NCBI GenBank assembly: GCA_003344405.1
Contig: NOWV01000013.1
Location: forward strand, 744,001-808,000
Source: Trichoplax sp. H2
Taxonomy: Eukaryota
Length of the DNA stretch: 64,000 nt
Direction: 5' to 3'
Position 1 is the stretch's first letter. Every line of letters begins with the position of its first letter. The notes beneath the pieces were generated by a model that searched no databases, had not been told where the DNA came from, and worked only from the letters and a program-made list of their open reading frames with translations. Below are positions 28,527-43,000 of the stretch, one piece after another. Both the position numbers and the translations under genes were made by a program.

Positions 28527-30625
28527 TCTGAGAATTCTCATACATTTAAAGTGATAGCATTTATAATATACTTAATAAATATTAAGAATTAATATTAAGT
28601 ATTAAGCTAAGTGAAATTTTAATTAGTTTGTATCTACTTTCGCTTGTTCTTAAATTTTTCAGGGAATTTCTGTCAGTCATATAGGATTCTGGTACGTTAC
28701 TTTTATTTCGAAGCAATAATTATCTATATTATATTATATCATACATGAGGTTTGTTTGTTAAGTCAGATATAAAGAGCGCAGCGCCATAGCTATATTTTA
28801 ATAACTCTAAAAGGAAATCGAATGTTATTTTACTCATTAGCATCTATCATATTCTACTTGAATTTAAAGGTTGTCTTCCCTGTCTATCCTATTATATCTT
28901 TGTTTATTATTATAGTTAATGGTTTAAGTTAAAATCTTTAAACAATAATATTTTATTAAAATAGATCGATCAGAACAATTACCTTGATTACTTTCGTACA
29001 CATAGTGACTAATTGAATGAGATGATTGCGGTAAATAGTTAATAGATATATAAGTGCAATCTCACTTGCGTATATCCTGGCATGAATTTGAAAACTGTTT
29101 GCTAAATTACGATCTATGTCAATTCATCTTTCGATTCTGCGAGTTTTTGACAGCAACAACATTTTTTAGCTTGTTTCATGAAAACTTGATCAGTAGATCT
29201 ATTTTTATCGTGCTAATATGTGTATATGACTCATATACTATGCATGTATGTCATTGAGCATTTCACAGTCCGTTCCATTAACGAAGAAATTATCACGTAG
29301 TCTTTTGTCGACAATAATTACTTATACAGTTTTACAGTTTAGTTTTTATAAAATCTATCAATAGGTCAGCAGTAAAGTGATAAGTGGTATAAGTGCATTG
29401 TGCGAATGATTTTATCAATTGAGAACTTTTCCTTTATAAGAATTAACTTCGTAAGAATTTGGATATAACATTTTATTCGATGCCTTTATAGCTGGGTTAC
29501 TAAAATAAGAATTAATCCGAACAAAACGTTCAAATAAAAACGTTTTTTCGATCTCCGTGCATTAATTAAAGTCTAGATTGTCTGAGTTAGATATTAATTA
29601 ACGACGTTAAAGTGAAAACTAATTCATACAAGAAGCTTTGTATACTATATTTTTCAATACTATATTGCTTGTCTACTATTTCAAGTGAATTGTTCTCAAA
29701 TATAATTATGCTTTTATTTCTTCACAATTTATTCACAGTGACTTTATCAATATAATCCTGTAAATACGTAAAACAAAACGCGTTTATTGCACTAACTTTT
29801 TAGCTCTTGGCGACAGTACGTTTCTTTCGTATTCCGAAAGGGAAATCATACACTACATTGCGTATTTTTAAGATCTACCATAGTAGGATTAACAATCAAT
29901 TACCAAAATGATAATTAAATGTACAGACAATATATTATTAAAGGGTCCATGAAAAGGTAATTCTGGTATGTTAGTGCATTAACTTTCAATCTGACACATA
30001 AATTTAATTCTAATCTTTAACATACTGACCGGAATACTTGTTCAATGATCGGATTAGATATTGTAAGCCTTTGAAACTTTAGGATCTTGCAGATAATCCT
30101 TGAGCCAAATAATTCAGCTTCGTATTACTTAACTTACTAGTAATCGTGTGTGTGCGATTAAAGCATAAAATCTTTTGTGTAATTGGTTTCCGTTTATTTC
30201 GAACAAGTTACAGTACTTGACAACATACGATCATTGCCACCTGATGGTTAGATATAATCTGTCTCCTACAATTAATTATTAGACCAATGGAGTTGATTAC
30301 AGGAATCCCTGAGATTATAATAGTGGACACAAGGAAAGGTATTACAGTACCGCTACCTAATTAAAATTTAGTGGCGAATATATAAATAGCAATTACTCCA
30401 TACCCAAATCAGCAGAAGCGAATTAGAAATAAGCAATTATCGGAAACTAATTACAACGTAAGCGTATGGAAATATGCGTATATTACTTGTTGGAACTAGT
30501 ATCGACATCTGTGCTATTGCATTATATATTCTCTTTTTATTTTTAATGCGATATTCGGTTTGTAAATATGCAATATTCTTATATAGTCTATAGAGACGCA
30601 CACGTATATACAAGGGTATAAAAAT

Positions 30626-32204
30626 ATGAAATTTTATCCTGGTATTCTTCTTGGCCTCTTTTGCTTACTGGCTATTGCCATCGCAGCAGAAGTTGATCAG
30701 TTGAACGATGGAGCATTCGCGGGATTAAGGGATGAGCCTGAGATTGATGAATATGACAAGGAAGAGGTCAATCAGGTACATTAATAGAATAGCTTACTTG
30801 GCTAAATTAAGTCACATGTAGAAGTTAATATTCTGGTATTAAAAGCAAACAGTTCTAAAATACTGAATTAATATAAATCATAAAGGATGAACCAGTTAAC
30901 CGAGATGATTCACTAGCAGAATCTCATGATGTAGATGATGTAACCGGCGAAACAACAAAGTCAGAAGAGGCTGGTCGCCAAAATGGTTTAGATGTGATAA
31001 AGGATTCATCAGAAGAATCCCCTGACTCAACAAATATCGTAGTAGATGAAACTACTAAGAAAGAAGAAGTAGATGGCCAAGAAGAATCTAAAGGCCAAAA
31101 TGATTTCGACGAGTTAACGGCTTTTACTCCAACAAGTAACACAGAATCAGAAGTCAAAGAAAATGAAGATCAAAATGAACTTACAGATTTAACCGCTGAT
31201 AAAGAAAGTGATATAGATGAAATCGAGGTGTGATTATATGCTAGTTGATGATTACATATTATAAATGATTTTAAACTTGTTTAATCTACCTATAATTAGA
31301 GTCTGCTATTAAAGTAGCTACTCAATTTGTCAATATTTGCATACATCCTATTTGACGACGTTAATCTGCATTTGCCTATATTAGGTTATACTTTCCTAAA
31401 TAGTTCAATCAGAAAGGTGAATATTTCCTTAAATTTAGTTGATGTTTTTATTAGTCTAATGATGATCACTTGGCTAAGAGTGGAAGACGTCGCAGAAGAA
31501 GGCGAAGAAGAAGACGTTGGGTCAGTCGTCGTCGTCGTCGTCCTGTTGTACGCCCAGTACCCTGCCAAGCTATTAATCTGAAACTTACGGCCTGTAAGAG
31601 CAACAATGCAGCATTAACAGCTAAGAATAGACGATTGAAAACGGATAAGACTCGATTGGAAACACAAGTTCGTAGTCAGGGTAGTACAATCGGCCGACAG
31701 AGTGCAGAAATCACAAATCTGAAAAACGAATTAGCGGCATTAAAAGGGAAATATAACAACTTAAATGCATCGTATGCACATATAAAGCGGGACAATGCTC
31801 GGTTGGCAGATCAAAAGCGTTTACTGATAAAACAAAAAAACCTCTTACGTATGGAAAATGATGAACTAAAACGGAATAATGCAACACTACATACTGAGAA
31901 TGACCGATTAAGAAGTCAGTTAATATCGGCTCAGGCGAATAATCAACGTCTTCAAAATCAATTAAATACAGCTGAAAATAGTTTACGATCATGTAATGTA
32001 ACCAAAAGCCAGCTGCAGGCATCAGTACTGCAACTTCAAACTGATCTTGCTCACTGCAACAGCCAGCGCTGCGTGAATTGCAAATGTAAGGCAGTTCCCA
32101 TCACAAACAGGGAAATTCGAAGCGAAGGAAATTCAGCTGACGTACCGGTAGCAGATGACTATGGCAGCGATGAAGAAAAAGTCCAATATGTTTCTTATGA
32201 GTAA
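30626..32204 (+). CDS. Secreted acidic-pro / poly-Arg / coiled-coil precursor A (~413 aa; exons 30626-30775, 30886-31227, 31455-32204)
   Basis: Signal-like MKFYPGILLGLFCLLAIAIA, then a D/E-rich propeptide. Two phase-0 GT-AG introns keep the frame. Exon 3 reads SNDDHLAKSG-R11-WVSRRRRRPVVRPVPCQAINLKLTAC, then a heptad rod, then CNSQRCVNCKC and an acidic end. TATAAA at 30381 and a 5'UTR donor at 30458. Confidence 0.85.
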
Positions 32205-35200
32205 TATGTAATAGGAAGTTAGCAATATATAGTGCTAGTAGTTGTTGTAGTAGCGCAGGTAGTCCATAGAACAGTACGGTCTAGAATTTATTTTTAATAA
32301 GGATATTGATAAACTGATATGTTAGATCATTTTTTGACATTCAATATTTAAAAGAAATATGAATCTATATCAACTTTTCAAACGGTTAGAAAATGATTTA
32401 CATAAAGTTGTCATTCTTATGGATTTTACTTCTTAAAAAATAAAGTAAACGTTTGATCAGCAGCTTAATAATATTCATACACGATTTACCGTTTTTAATC
32501 CATTTGTTCGACAAAATATCGAAACATGGTTGATTCATAGCATCCATATACAGTACAATAATAATTCAATTCTAGTCTGTAGTAATGCAGCAATGAAGTA
32601 AGTTTAGTAAAATATGAGCTATTTATTTTAATCCATAGATGTTTATCATTGCAAAATAAACGCCTTATTAACGTTTATGGTAGCGCTAACATTTGCAGCA
32701 GTGGTAATGAGTATCGAACATTATCCTAAACAAAAGCTAAATTAACTATTTAAGTCCTTTAGTCGTGATGTAATATAAGTACTTTACTGAATCTATCAAT
32801 TAGCCGTTACAAGCCGATAACAATTGATAAACTGGGTCACTTTTCTTAATGCGATATTTATGTTCCAACCTTAACCTTTGCATTTCGCAATGAAAACATG
32901 GCTCATAAAAAATAATATATATATCTAGTAGAGTTTAGTTTATCATAGTCAACTTAATACATGTACTGTTTGTTTAGGTGTTGTTATAGTCCATACATTG
33001 CATTAGTAAAACTTAATATACGGTATATGTAGCTTTCACGATTATTTGATATGCTCGTAATTTTATAATGAGAATCGATACCTCACAAATTCTTAAAATT
33101 TAATTATGATCTAATGTTACGTAGTCCTCTTGAACATAATTCTATAAATGATATTATGATTAATATTTTCTTCTGATAATTAATTTTAATTTATTGGGTC
33201 AATGAAAATGGTTACTCGATTACAATTTTTGGAATGAGATTGTAAGCTTCCAACCACGATACGTCTACGATATATGTCTCAATATATAACCATAGAATAA
33301 CAATTCATGCTCAACCAATGTTTCTTTTACTTCAGGCTTAGTTACTGCAACTATCTTGGGTTCGATAAATACCAGTTGCTAGTTTCGAAACTAATTTTGA
33401 GTTAGGTAGTGAGATACCATATGATAATTAATTAACCTCTCATATCATAAGAAGTTAGTTGACTATATTGTTAGATGTTTATTATTATTGTATTGTTACC
33501 GAAGAAAATTGTTACTTATGTGTATCTACCTTTATTTAAATTAATGCATACAGTAATATATCATTTGGTTAACTTAACAATTTGGTTTGAAATACATATC
33601 TGATGCGATGATAGAAATACTATAAAGTTTTACATCAACCGTATAAAAATGTGGCATAGAGTAAATATTGGACAACAAGATTGAACATATGTAAGTTAAC
33701 TATTTTAATTTTAATATTGTAACCATTAACCTAGAATTCTATCCTAATTACGAATAACATACTGGAACGATGTACTGAAGTTTCATTAATTGTTATAAGG
33801 ATAATTTTATACTCTGTATGTAATTACATCTGTAATGCTGATTCTATGCCAAGTGAGCTTAAAATAATTTTACAATGCGCGAAGACGAGTAATTCCAATA
33901 AATTTATTTTCTATTTGGAGAAAACATTATTAGCTTAAGGTGTTTCGCAGTATTATTACGATAGAGAGTCTACTGATATGTGGTTTCCTTTTTAAGAATG
34001 GACTTTACTACAACAACATTATCTATTTGGCTTATGATTGTACGAGTCGTATGATGTTTACTTAAACTTTACTCTAATCCTACCTTATATCCTTGCCTTA
34101 TTATTTATCGTGGGAGGTTGAAGTTGATTGAGTCAGCAATCGTTACCATGCTTACTTTTACGCCAATAACCAGACTATAATGTTCAAGAATAAATTAATT
34201 ATAGAAGGAAAGATTTCACCATCTTGATATTAAAGAAAATATTCTTACACCTAACGTTATCATTAAGTGTAAACGTCTATTATAATGATAGTACAACTGA
34301 TAGTTCTACTTAGAAAAAGTATTCGCGTAGAGCGATACTATAATATCAGGAAATGTAGTCGTATTAGCAAGGGTAAGGCGTCAATGCAACATCAGAGTCG
34401 ATTCTATTCGTAATCAAGTTATCAAGATAGTCGATTAAAGAATTTCATGATGGAAAATAGCAGAGTAATTGAGTAACAACGCAACATTAAATGTTCAATC
34501 TTTCATTGTATTCTATTATTGTACAGCCTTCAAAATAGTAATATCTAGAACAAAACTTTTTGGAAACATGTCCTATATCACTTTATTTAGCGCAGTTTAT
34601 ATCCAATAAAATATGCAAAATCAAAAACAAAAATTGATCTGGCAATTACATTCAACGCAGTTACCAGGGAATCTGACAAATATTATTCGTCTTGAATACC
34701 GGATGATCTGCTAGGACGGTAATAAATATAATAGTTATGGACATTAAAAGCAATACAAACAATTTTAAACGCTAAACCAATTTTTATCGGGAAATTGGTG
34801 TATGAGTCAATCGCTATCAATAGAAAATTATCAGCTATGAAGCTTTTACTTTATAAATACGACTATAAAATTTTCTCTAACTCCATTAAATCATAACTAT
34901 TTCTTATGAATGAATTTAAAATTATTTTTTTATTTGTTTACATGTTTAGCTATAATTTTCTCCATTTACTTTCATTAGTGAGTCTTCTAACTTTCTAGCT
35001 TTTATTAATTAAAGTATGTAATCAGGAGTAAAATTATTTCCCTATGGGTGTTTCAAATCTATAGCTACAATGCTGATTCTCCTATCTTTAAGAGGTAGAT
35101 TTAAATATTTTTGTAATTTATCATCTCCATAAACTATTTAGTTATGAATTTATTAGTATAGATACAGTACTACTAATCTTATGTTATTAATCTAATCATA

Positions 35201-38200
35201 ACTACATATAATACATATTTCATATGCTCGAGATACTTTAGTAGATACTCGTGCCTTAACATACTGTATGCTACGGTGCTGCGAAATCATATGAAATTTT
35301 AAGGAGTCATTCTAAACGGAGATAGAAAGAACCAATCATTGGCTTTACGCAAATGTCGCAAACAAAAATGATTTAGTTATCGGAGATAATTTCAGATATC
35401 GACTATAGCTTAAAAATTTATCTGAAGTTATAGGATAAGTTTGTTCCATTTTGAATGTTAATTATACTCCTAGGTTATAGCTAGTGGCAATATCAATATT
35501 ATTACTTATATGAAGGTATCGCATATCATCAGTTTTCATTTATATTGATCAATTACAATACTAGATTCGGGTAATAAAATGCTAAAGACAACTCCAAGAT
35601 AGCATGTTAACAATATCAATACGTTGCAGAAAATGGAAATCAAACACTTAAGTATCAAACTAGCATGAAAAATAATTGTTCATCATAGTCAAACAGTAGA
35701 GCTGAATACCAGTACCTAGTCAATCCTCCTCTGATCAATTGAAGAGATTGTGATCAATATGTAATAAATAAAATGGTAATCAATTACCAATTTAACACTG
35801 CAGCAATTTCTGGAGACTGAGAAATCAAGAAGTTATAGTCGAATAGATCTCCGTTATAAGACACTATTATCCAGTATGCTCACAAACGAAATTTTTAAAA
35901 TTACGGTTAGTAAGGCTTAATTAAAGCTGATAACAAAGTCAATCGAACTGTCAGACTTGAGGCCTAACTTGTGAAAGTAGCGTTTTATAAATTTTGCTCT
36001 ATTCAAGATGTTAGCTATACATATTTATTCCACCTTTACAAATTTCAAAACGTATCTATGATTTTATATTGATGAAATGAGCACAGCAGTAATTTGTAAT
36101 AGCGCTAAATTAATTAGACCTCAAGGTCAATGCCTGAATAGCCACTAATCAGCGTCGGGTAAGACATTACAGAGTTCAGTAGCAGATTATTTAATTAGTC
36201 CTAGTATTCAATAAATCGGCAATTTTACAATTACGAAATGACCTGTCACACTTTCGTAGAGTGTATATATAATTCAGCCATGAAAAAAATTGGGGCTTGG
36301 TCGTGGTCTAAACAAAATAGCATTTTGCAGACCTAATCATGTGATAAACAAGAGGTATTACTACGATCAATATAGGACGATAGTGGCTATTTTATGATCT
36401 TTTCAACAAGTTTAATGACGTTTAAGTTCTCGGAGATATACTGCAAGGAGTTATAATCTCTTAAAATTCGTTAAAATCAATAAATATTATTATTATTAAC
36501 TAGTTTATATGACCGTTAGGGCCATTGTTAATCGAAAATAATTTAAAATTTTAATTAATTACATTCCTAGGAGTATTGTCTTTGACTATGGTACTTCTTG
36601 ATCTGTTTCTCTTTATCATAAGTTATTATTAGGAGTAGACCCTCAAGATGATAACTGAAAATGACTTGTTAGCGGTAATTGATAACGATGCAAAAAAATG
36701 ACTTCTTTTGATGGCTAGATGAATAAATTATATCTTTCCATTCAATTGATAGTTTTAATAAATGAATAGTTCAACTTTATACTACCAATAATGTTAATTA
36801 ATTTACTTGACCTGTATGATAGTAATCGTTGACTTGAAGCTGCTTATACATAATTAAAGAACTCTTCATTTAAGAAAGAAATAATTACATCCTAGACTAC
36901 TATTACGTTTACGAGATGCCAAAAAGCAACCTACGGTTGACAAAGTCATCAGCTGTGTATAAAAACGTGTACTTCCAGGGCTAATCTTGTTCGTGTAGAC
37001 AACAGTTCTACTCCCTGGCAGTGTCTTATGTTCGATATTACCAGCTTACCGAGATATCAAAGGCACCCACCAAGAGTTGCGACTAGTATTATCTAAATGA
37101 TTTATGCAATTCAAAGCCATGGATTGAAGATACTTTCGAAGAAAAAGGCATTATTACTTCAGAACCTAAAGGAGAAATATATAAAGCAATAGATTATTTT
37201 CATTCTTTATTTTAAGGATATGAAATTGTTTTACAATGAAGCTAGGTGAGAATGATGAACGATGATTCATTAAGTAGTAAACTGTCGACATTCATTTAAT
37301 AAAGATAAGAAAAGAATTCCTATACATAGCGGATGTGAAATACGATTCTCTTGCAGAGATTTATAAATCACTTTCCGCATGATTGCTTGCCATAGGTTAC
37401 GCCTATTATCTAAATGTAACGTGATTAAAGCTATTGTTTTAATTAGATAGTATTATTACAGATTGATCCGCTATCCTTGAATGGATGCATTGTTATTGTT
37501 GATATGGAAATTTTCCTCAAAATTTAGCGATGATTGTCGTTAACTTTCTGTTAACGGTAGTTTAATCATAAAGAATGTTGTGCCGTAGTTAATATAAATT
37601 AAATTCGTGATAACTAAGAAATTTTGTACCATCTGCATGGTTAACACAGAATGTTACTATTTCTTATCTTAAACAATAATTTAATATTAGAGTACCCTAC
37701 AGTCGCATCGTTTGTGCTCTTTATTTGTTAATGAATAATTATATTAACAATTATTTAGTGGCAAATGATAATATATTTATAGCTTTAGTGTATTCACCGG
37801 ATGAACCTTTCAGTTCCGTAAAAGAAGATTGTTTACTAAGCGGGTCGTACTTTAAGTATACCTTATATCCCTCGTATCAGATTTCAATAGAGTCACATTG
37901 TAGACCCACAGTACATAATGTGTCATGAAACCATAGCGATATTTCATCAACTTTCGATAGATCTTTAAGTGCAAGCGAGCTGTCGAAAATAAACATAAAA
38001 TTAGAGTGATGTTGTCAAGCGTCTCCTAGTTGTCCAAATAGACATTATTTTTTGTCTTAGAATTTCGAAAAGGAGCCATAAGGCGATAAAAAAGACCAGT
38101 TTACGAAAGTAGTTAGCTATTACATAGGGAACTAAATTAGTGTAGCTTTTGTATATAGCTCAACCTTTTTAATATTGTAATCATTAACGCGGTTATTATA

Positions 38201-38752
38201 AACAATTTTAAGAGTTCTATGGGTGATACTAATATCTACTTTCGCTAACGCTTAGATATTCCTGTATAATACTGAAAATTATTATGGTAATTCTTGCATG
38301 TTGTCCCGGCATTAAAAATTGGCTGATAGTGTTAATTATGTTACGATTATACTACAATAGTTTTCAATGATAAATTACGGTACTAAATAGACAGTCAGAA
38401 TTTTTAGTGATTAATGGTACTGTAGTATGAACTTGCATCTTGGTGAAAAATAGATACTTTTGATATGATAAAGCGAAACTACATAATTCTCGGTATCAAG
38501 ATAATTATAACAATGAACTTAATAATCTTGCAAAGACTATAAATACCACGCAATTAGCTATCCTTAGCAGATTTTGATTTGGGAACTAATCAGATTTTCG
38601 AGCCAAAATTAATCCGTCTCAACTGGCTAGGTTAGTAAGAAATTTATCTCCATAATGCGCCTAACGTAACTACTCACCTTTTTTAAACTAGTTGATAATT
38701 ATTTATTATCTTTTTGCGTTATGATTGTGTAGGCTTGGTTGGAATTATAAAG

Positions 38753-40047
38753 ATGAAGTTCATTGTTCTTGGATTGCTTTGCTTGTGCATCTTTAAAGCA
38801 TCTGGAGATGCCACTAATCCTTTAAATAATGAGGATAAAAATGCTGAGAACTGGAGTGCAAATCCTGATCACTCCTATGACGTACCGGTAAATAGCGGTG
38901 AAGATGTGGCTAAAGACGATGAAGGCCAAGAACTTAGCGATAAAAGTACTGAAGAATTACAAGAGAAATTATCCACAGAGGATGAATCCGAAGAAAACAA
39001 GGAGGTCGAAATACCAGAATCTGCTAACAAGGAGGAATTCTTTGATGAGAAACAATTGGCAAGTGATAGTGAATTGAGTGAGACAGAGGTGGCGGATGAT
39101 AAGGTCAGTACCGTTTGCTAATATAACAGCGAATATTGCACAAAATGAGGAGTGCTTCAAGTTTACATGCAAATCTAACTCTAGTATTGGTTCCACGCCA
39201 CTAGTACCGATCTGAATTGTTCTTGCTAGCTTTACCTTCTCTATATCTGTACAGTGCTATGATTAATAATCTAGCAACGAGAACAATCTTCACTAATATG
39301 GATGATTGCTAGCCATAACTATATCCTGTTTGCTTACTTTAATGTTTTTTTCCATTATAGCAAGCTAAATCTTGGGGATGGCGTCGACGAAGACGCTATT
39401 ATATCCGTAGACGACGTTCTGATCCATGCTTGTCAATTAGAGTTAGTCTAAATCGTTGTATTCAACGAAGAAATTGGCTACAAGCTAAAGTTAATCGATT
39501 AATCAATAGAATCAATCGGTTAAAGAGTAGAATTCAAAGAAAAAACGTTGTCATCCAAGGTTTAAAAACGCGTATAAGGCAATTGGTGAGCGTAATCAAC
39601 AATTTACGAGCTCGCATCCAAAACTTGAGAAATTCCTTGAACCACGTGACACAAAAACATAATGCCCTTGTTCAAAGATTTAACAAATTGCTCGCTTTAA
39701 CACGAAAGCTAAAAGCGAAATACTTGATTCTGTCGGCCAAGTATAGGCAAATTTTAACCGAAAACAAGCAATTACGAGCTCTGGTCAAAACGCAATCCAA
39801 TCAGATTCAGTCTTTAAAGGGGCAAAATGCTCAATTACAAACACAAATTGTACAACACGTACTCGACAAGAAGGCTTTGCGCGTTCAAGTCAAGAAGTAC
39901 AAGCGTAAGTTTTACAAAGCTCAGTATGATCTTGAAAAATGTCGTCTCTGTTGCGATGCATGTAGTCAAAAATATCCTACTGGCAAAAATAGCACTGTTA
40001 CAAATGGTGGAAGCACTAAAGCAGAGTTGACTGTTAATGATTTTTAG
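38753..40047 (+). CDS. Secreted precursor B (~345 aa; exons 38753-39103, 39361-40047)
   Basis: Signal-like MKFIVLGLLCLCIFKASG, acidic propeptide, phase-0 intron (AAG|GTCAGT ... TTATAG|CAA). Exon 2 reads QAKSWGWRRRRRYYIRRRRSDPCLSIRVSLNRC, then a basic heptad rod and CRLCCDAC. TATAAA at 38538; 5'UTR intron 38631-38732. Confidence 0.88.
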
Positions 40048-43000
40048 TTCAATGGCTTCAGATAAATAAAATATCTTCTTGAGGTAGTTAAATTTTAATA
40101 GAATTTGTCTTTACATTTAGATAAGTCCTCATAGTAAAGCCTTCAGTCTTTAATATCGTTATATATTGATTGCATAACGTAGTGTATTTAATAGGTTTGT
40201 TACTAATTTAGTATTCATTTTTAAAGACTATTCTATACTTACCTCATCAATGATCAACTCAACTTATTTTAGATTATATATGTGTAAACTGAAAGTCATA
40301 GGTCTGTTTAATCATTAAAGAGTAGAATTATTGCTGCATTAAAATTGTCGCTAATAATAACATGATAGAATTCACTGGTGTTGTTTATGTTAAACTTTAA
40401 GGTTGTCTTAATTAATAAAAGTATTTCATAACAGAAATATACCTGGCGTATTTTATATATTGAATTTATAGATTTTGAAAAGGATTATTATAGTTAAAAT
40501 ATTTAGCAGAGATTTTCTACCGAAAGATAGCATGTTTATAGTATTACTTGCTATTACTACAGGCAGATGTGATAAGGCATGAAGTAAAAAGTATTGATTG
40601 GTATTGAAGTTGATGCTTACAAACATTCATGTAAATCTTACATAAGATGATAGTGCTGTGTCCCTTAACACTTTAATTTAAGCCATAAATTTTTCTATAT
40701 TAAGCTTTAACCAGCGAAAAATTCTGTTACAGTCGTGGTGTGAGACTATTACTAGAATCTGAACTTAAATTAACTCTACATAGTTATAGTTCATCAGTTA
40801 CTGTTTCATCATATTATGATTGCAGGTATATGTCACTAAAATGCTACTTCTGAAAAGTAATGAAATCAACTGCTGCACTATAACATGTCGTAAGTAAATG
40901 ATTCACTGAATTTATCCTTAACTTTACCCATAATCTTAGTCAAATTATCATCTTAAAGCAGTCATATACGTGTAAAAACTAAACATTAATACATAGTTTC
41001 ACTTATTTATCTATATGATAGTATAAAGTAGCCGTGAGAAATTTTACCTTAAATTGTGAGGGTAATGCTTTTTAGCAACCCCTGCAATTTTGTATAACGA
41101 TTAATTAAATAATTAATCTCTGCTATTAATACCCGAGAAAAACTAAATGTATCTATAAGATCTCGCTCACTTCTCTTCACTTCAATTTGATCAATTCGCT
41201 AGAATTAGCAAAACACTATCTTATCTCAAAATATACTACATATAACTAGGAGTACTGATATCTAATACTATTATAGTGATACAATAGTCCAAATGTGAAT
41301 TAATGCTGTTATAAAAGTCGTAGAATAAGTACTATAATTGAATTTGATCTTAAAGAGCAAGTTATTTTAAAATATTAACTACCGGTAATTGAAGGCGTTG
41401 AATTTTATTGCTAGATATAAGGATTTTAAACAATATAAGCTATTGTCCTTTTATATCTTCCGAAATAAGCTATAGACAGAACATCATGTCGCCGAATAAT
41501 TTAATGTTTCATCCGATAAGACAACTTTAAGATCAATAGTATTACTCTTAACTGAAGCTCTGTCAAGCTTTAAATTTTGCTTGATGTATGCCTTTCTGCT
41601 ATAGTTACATGATTTCAACGTGGGGTACTACTCCTACTAATTTGCTTGGCATATTCTGCAATTAAGTGTCTTGCTAATTAGCTGCTAATTTATATATCTT
41701 TGTTTTATAACTTGTTATAGATCTGTCAGGATATATTGAGTAAGAGGCTTTTTAATTATGAAAGATATTTATATGAGTAAAATTTATTCTACTTGATCCG
41801 TACAGCGTGTAGTATTCTAATTCTATAGTAGTTTCACGTTCTAAAAGCTATCCGTAACTTGATTTCATTAAGATGCTTATTCACTGATTATGGAGCATTG
41901 TTGGACTATGATTAATGTTATATTCGCAGTATAATGACCAATGAATTAAGAATCAAGATACCGATGCCATACTATTCTTATCATGCTCGTAGAACATTTG
42001 AAGTGAATGTATTGCCATTTACAACTTTTGCAAAAGTCGACTTATTTTCTTATTATCTATTGCATAATTCTGAGTTTTCAGCCAGATGAAGTTATGATTT
42101 TTTCATACAATAATTTTTTAAATTTATGATAGAAGTAAAAGAGAATGTTTATTGAAATAGCCTTATAAGGTGCAAGCTAACGCTATATTATCCTCTTCGA
42201 GATCCTATTAAGATAATCCAGCATTGTGTTTTAAACTTATTGCACGGCATAAATATTTAGAAGGCCCCATAAAATAAAACAAACCGGTTTTCAAAGAGTG
42301 TTACAATCGGTTTGTAATAGAGATGCCGAAACCTGGATAATTAGGAACGAATATCCTTTCTAACTAACTGGTAAAGTCTAATCAATCCGTTCACAATAGA
42401 CTTACAGCGATTTGATAGGCTTAGATTAAACTATTTCTGGTAAGACTGTTTAGAATGGTCTTGCCAACCAAGACAAATATTACTACCATGAAAGATACAG
42501 CATACATCACAACGCTGAGAAAAGGAATATTTCCTATTTGAAGTGCAACGCTTTCTACACTCTCGCTCCGCTATCCTCGATGCCTGGCTACACATTCAAA
42601 GTTGAGACAAAAAATTTTTATACTGCAGTTTGTAAACTATTTATAAAGGTTCAGTAAATTAGAATTAAACATTAATTAAAAGCCTAGAGAGTCTTAGTAC
42701 CGTAATAAGAAGACTACAGAGATATTTTCCTAGGTATTCTTGCATGTGTGCATATTTTACTATTTAATTTGCCTACAGTAAATACAAAGACATAAAAATA
42801 AATAAAGCAACATCATTACGTTTGTCGATAATTTTGTTTAGCAGGGTTCAAAAATAGTAGTAGGAATGGCTTTTAAAGACTCTTTATTGAGTAAACTGAG
42901 TATATCTTCCTATTTTACTTGCAAATAAACTATTTTATTTTGCTCATACTACATACAGTACTTCGATGTACTGTATAAAGGCTTAAGTAGATTAAAAAAT

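Noticed and set aside
36900-37220. Short coding-like patch (DLCNSKPWIEDTFEEKGIITSEPKGEIYKAIDYFHSLF) vaguely like a non-LTR retroelement linker
   Set aside because: Too short, bounded by stops, and without RT or endonuclease motifs; it cannot be supported without a profile search.
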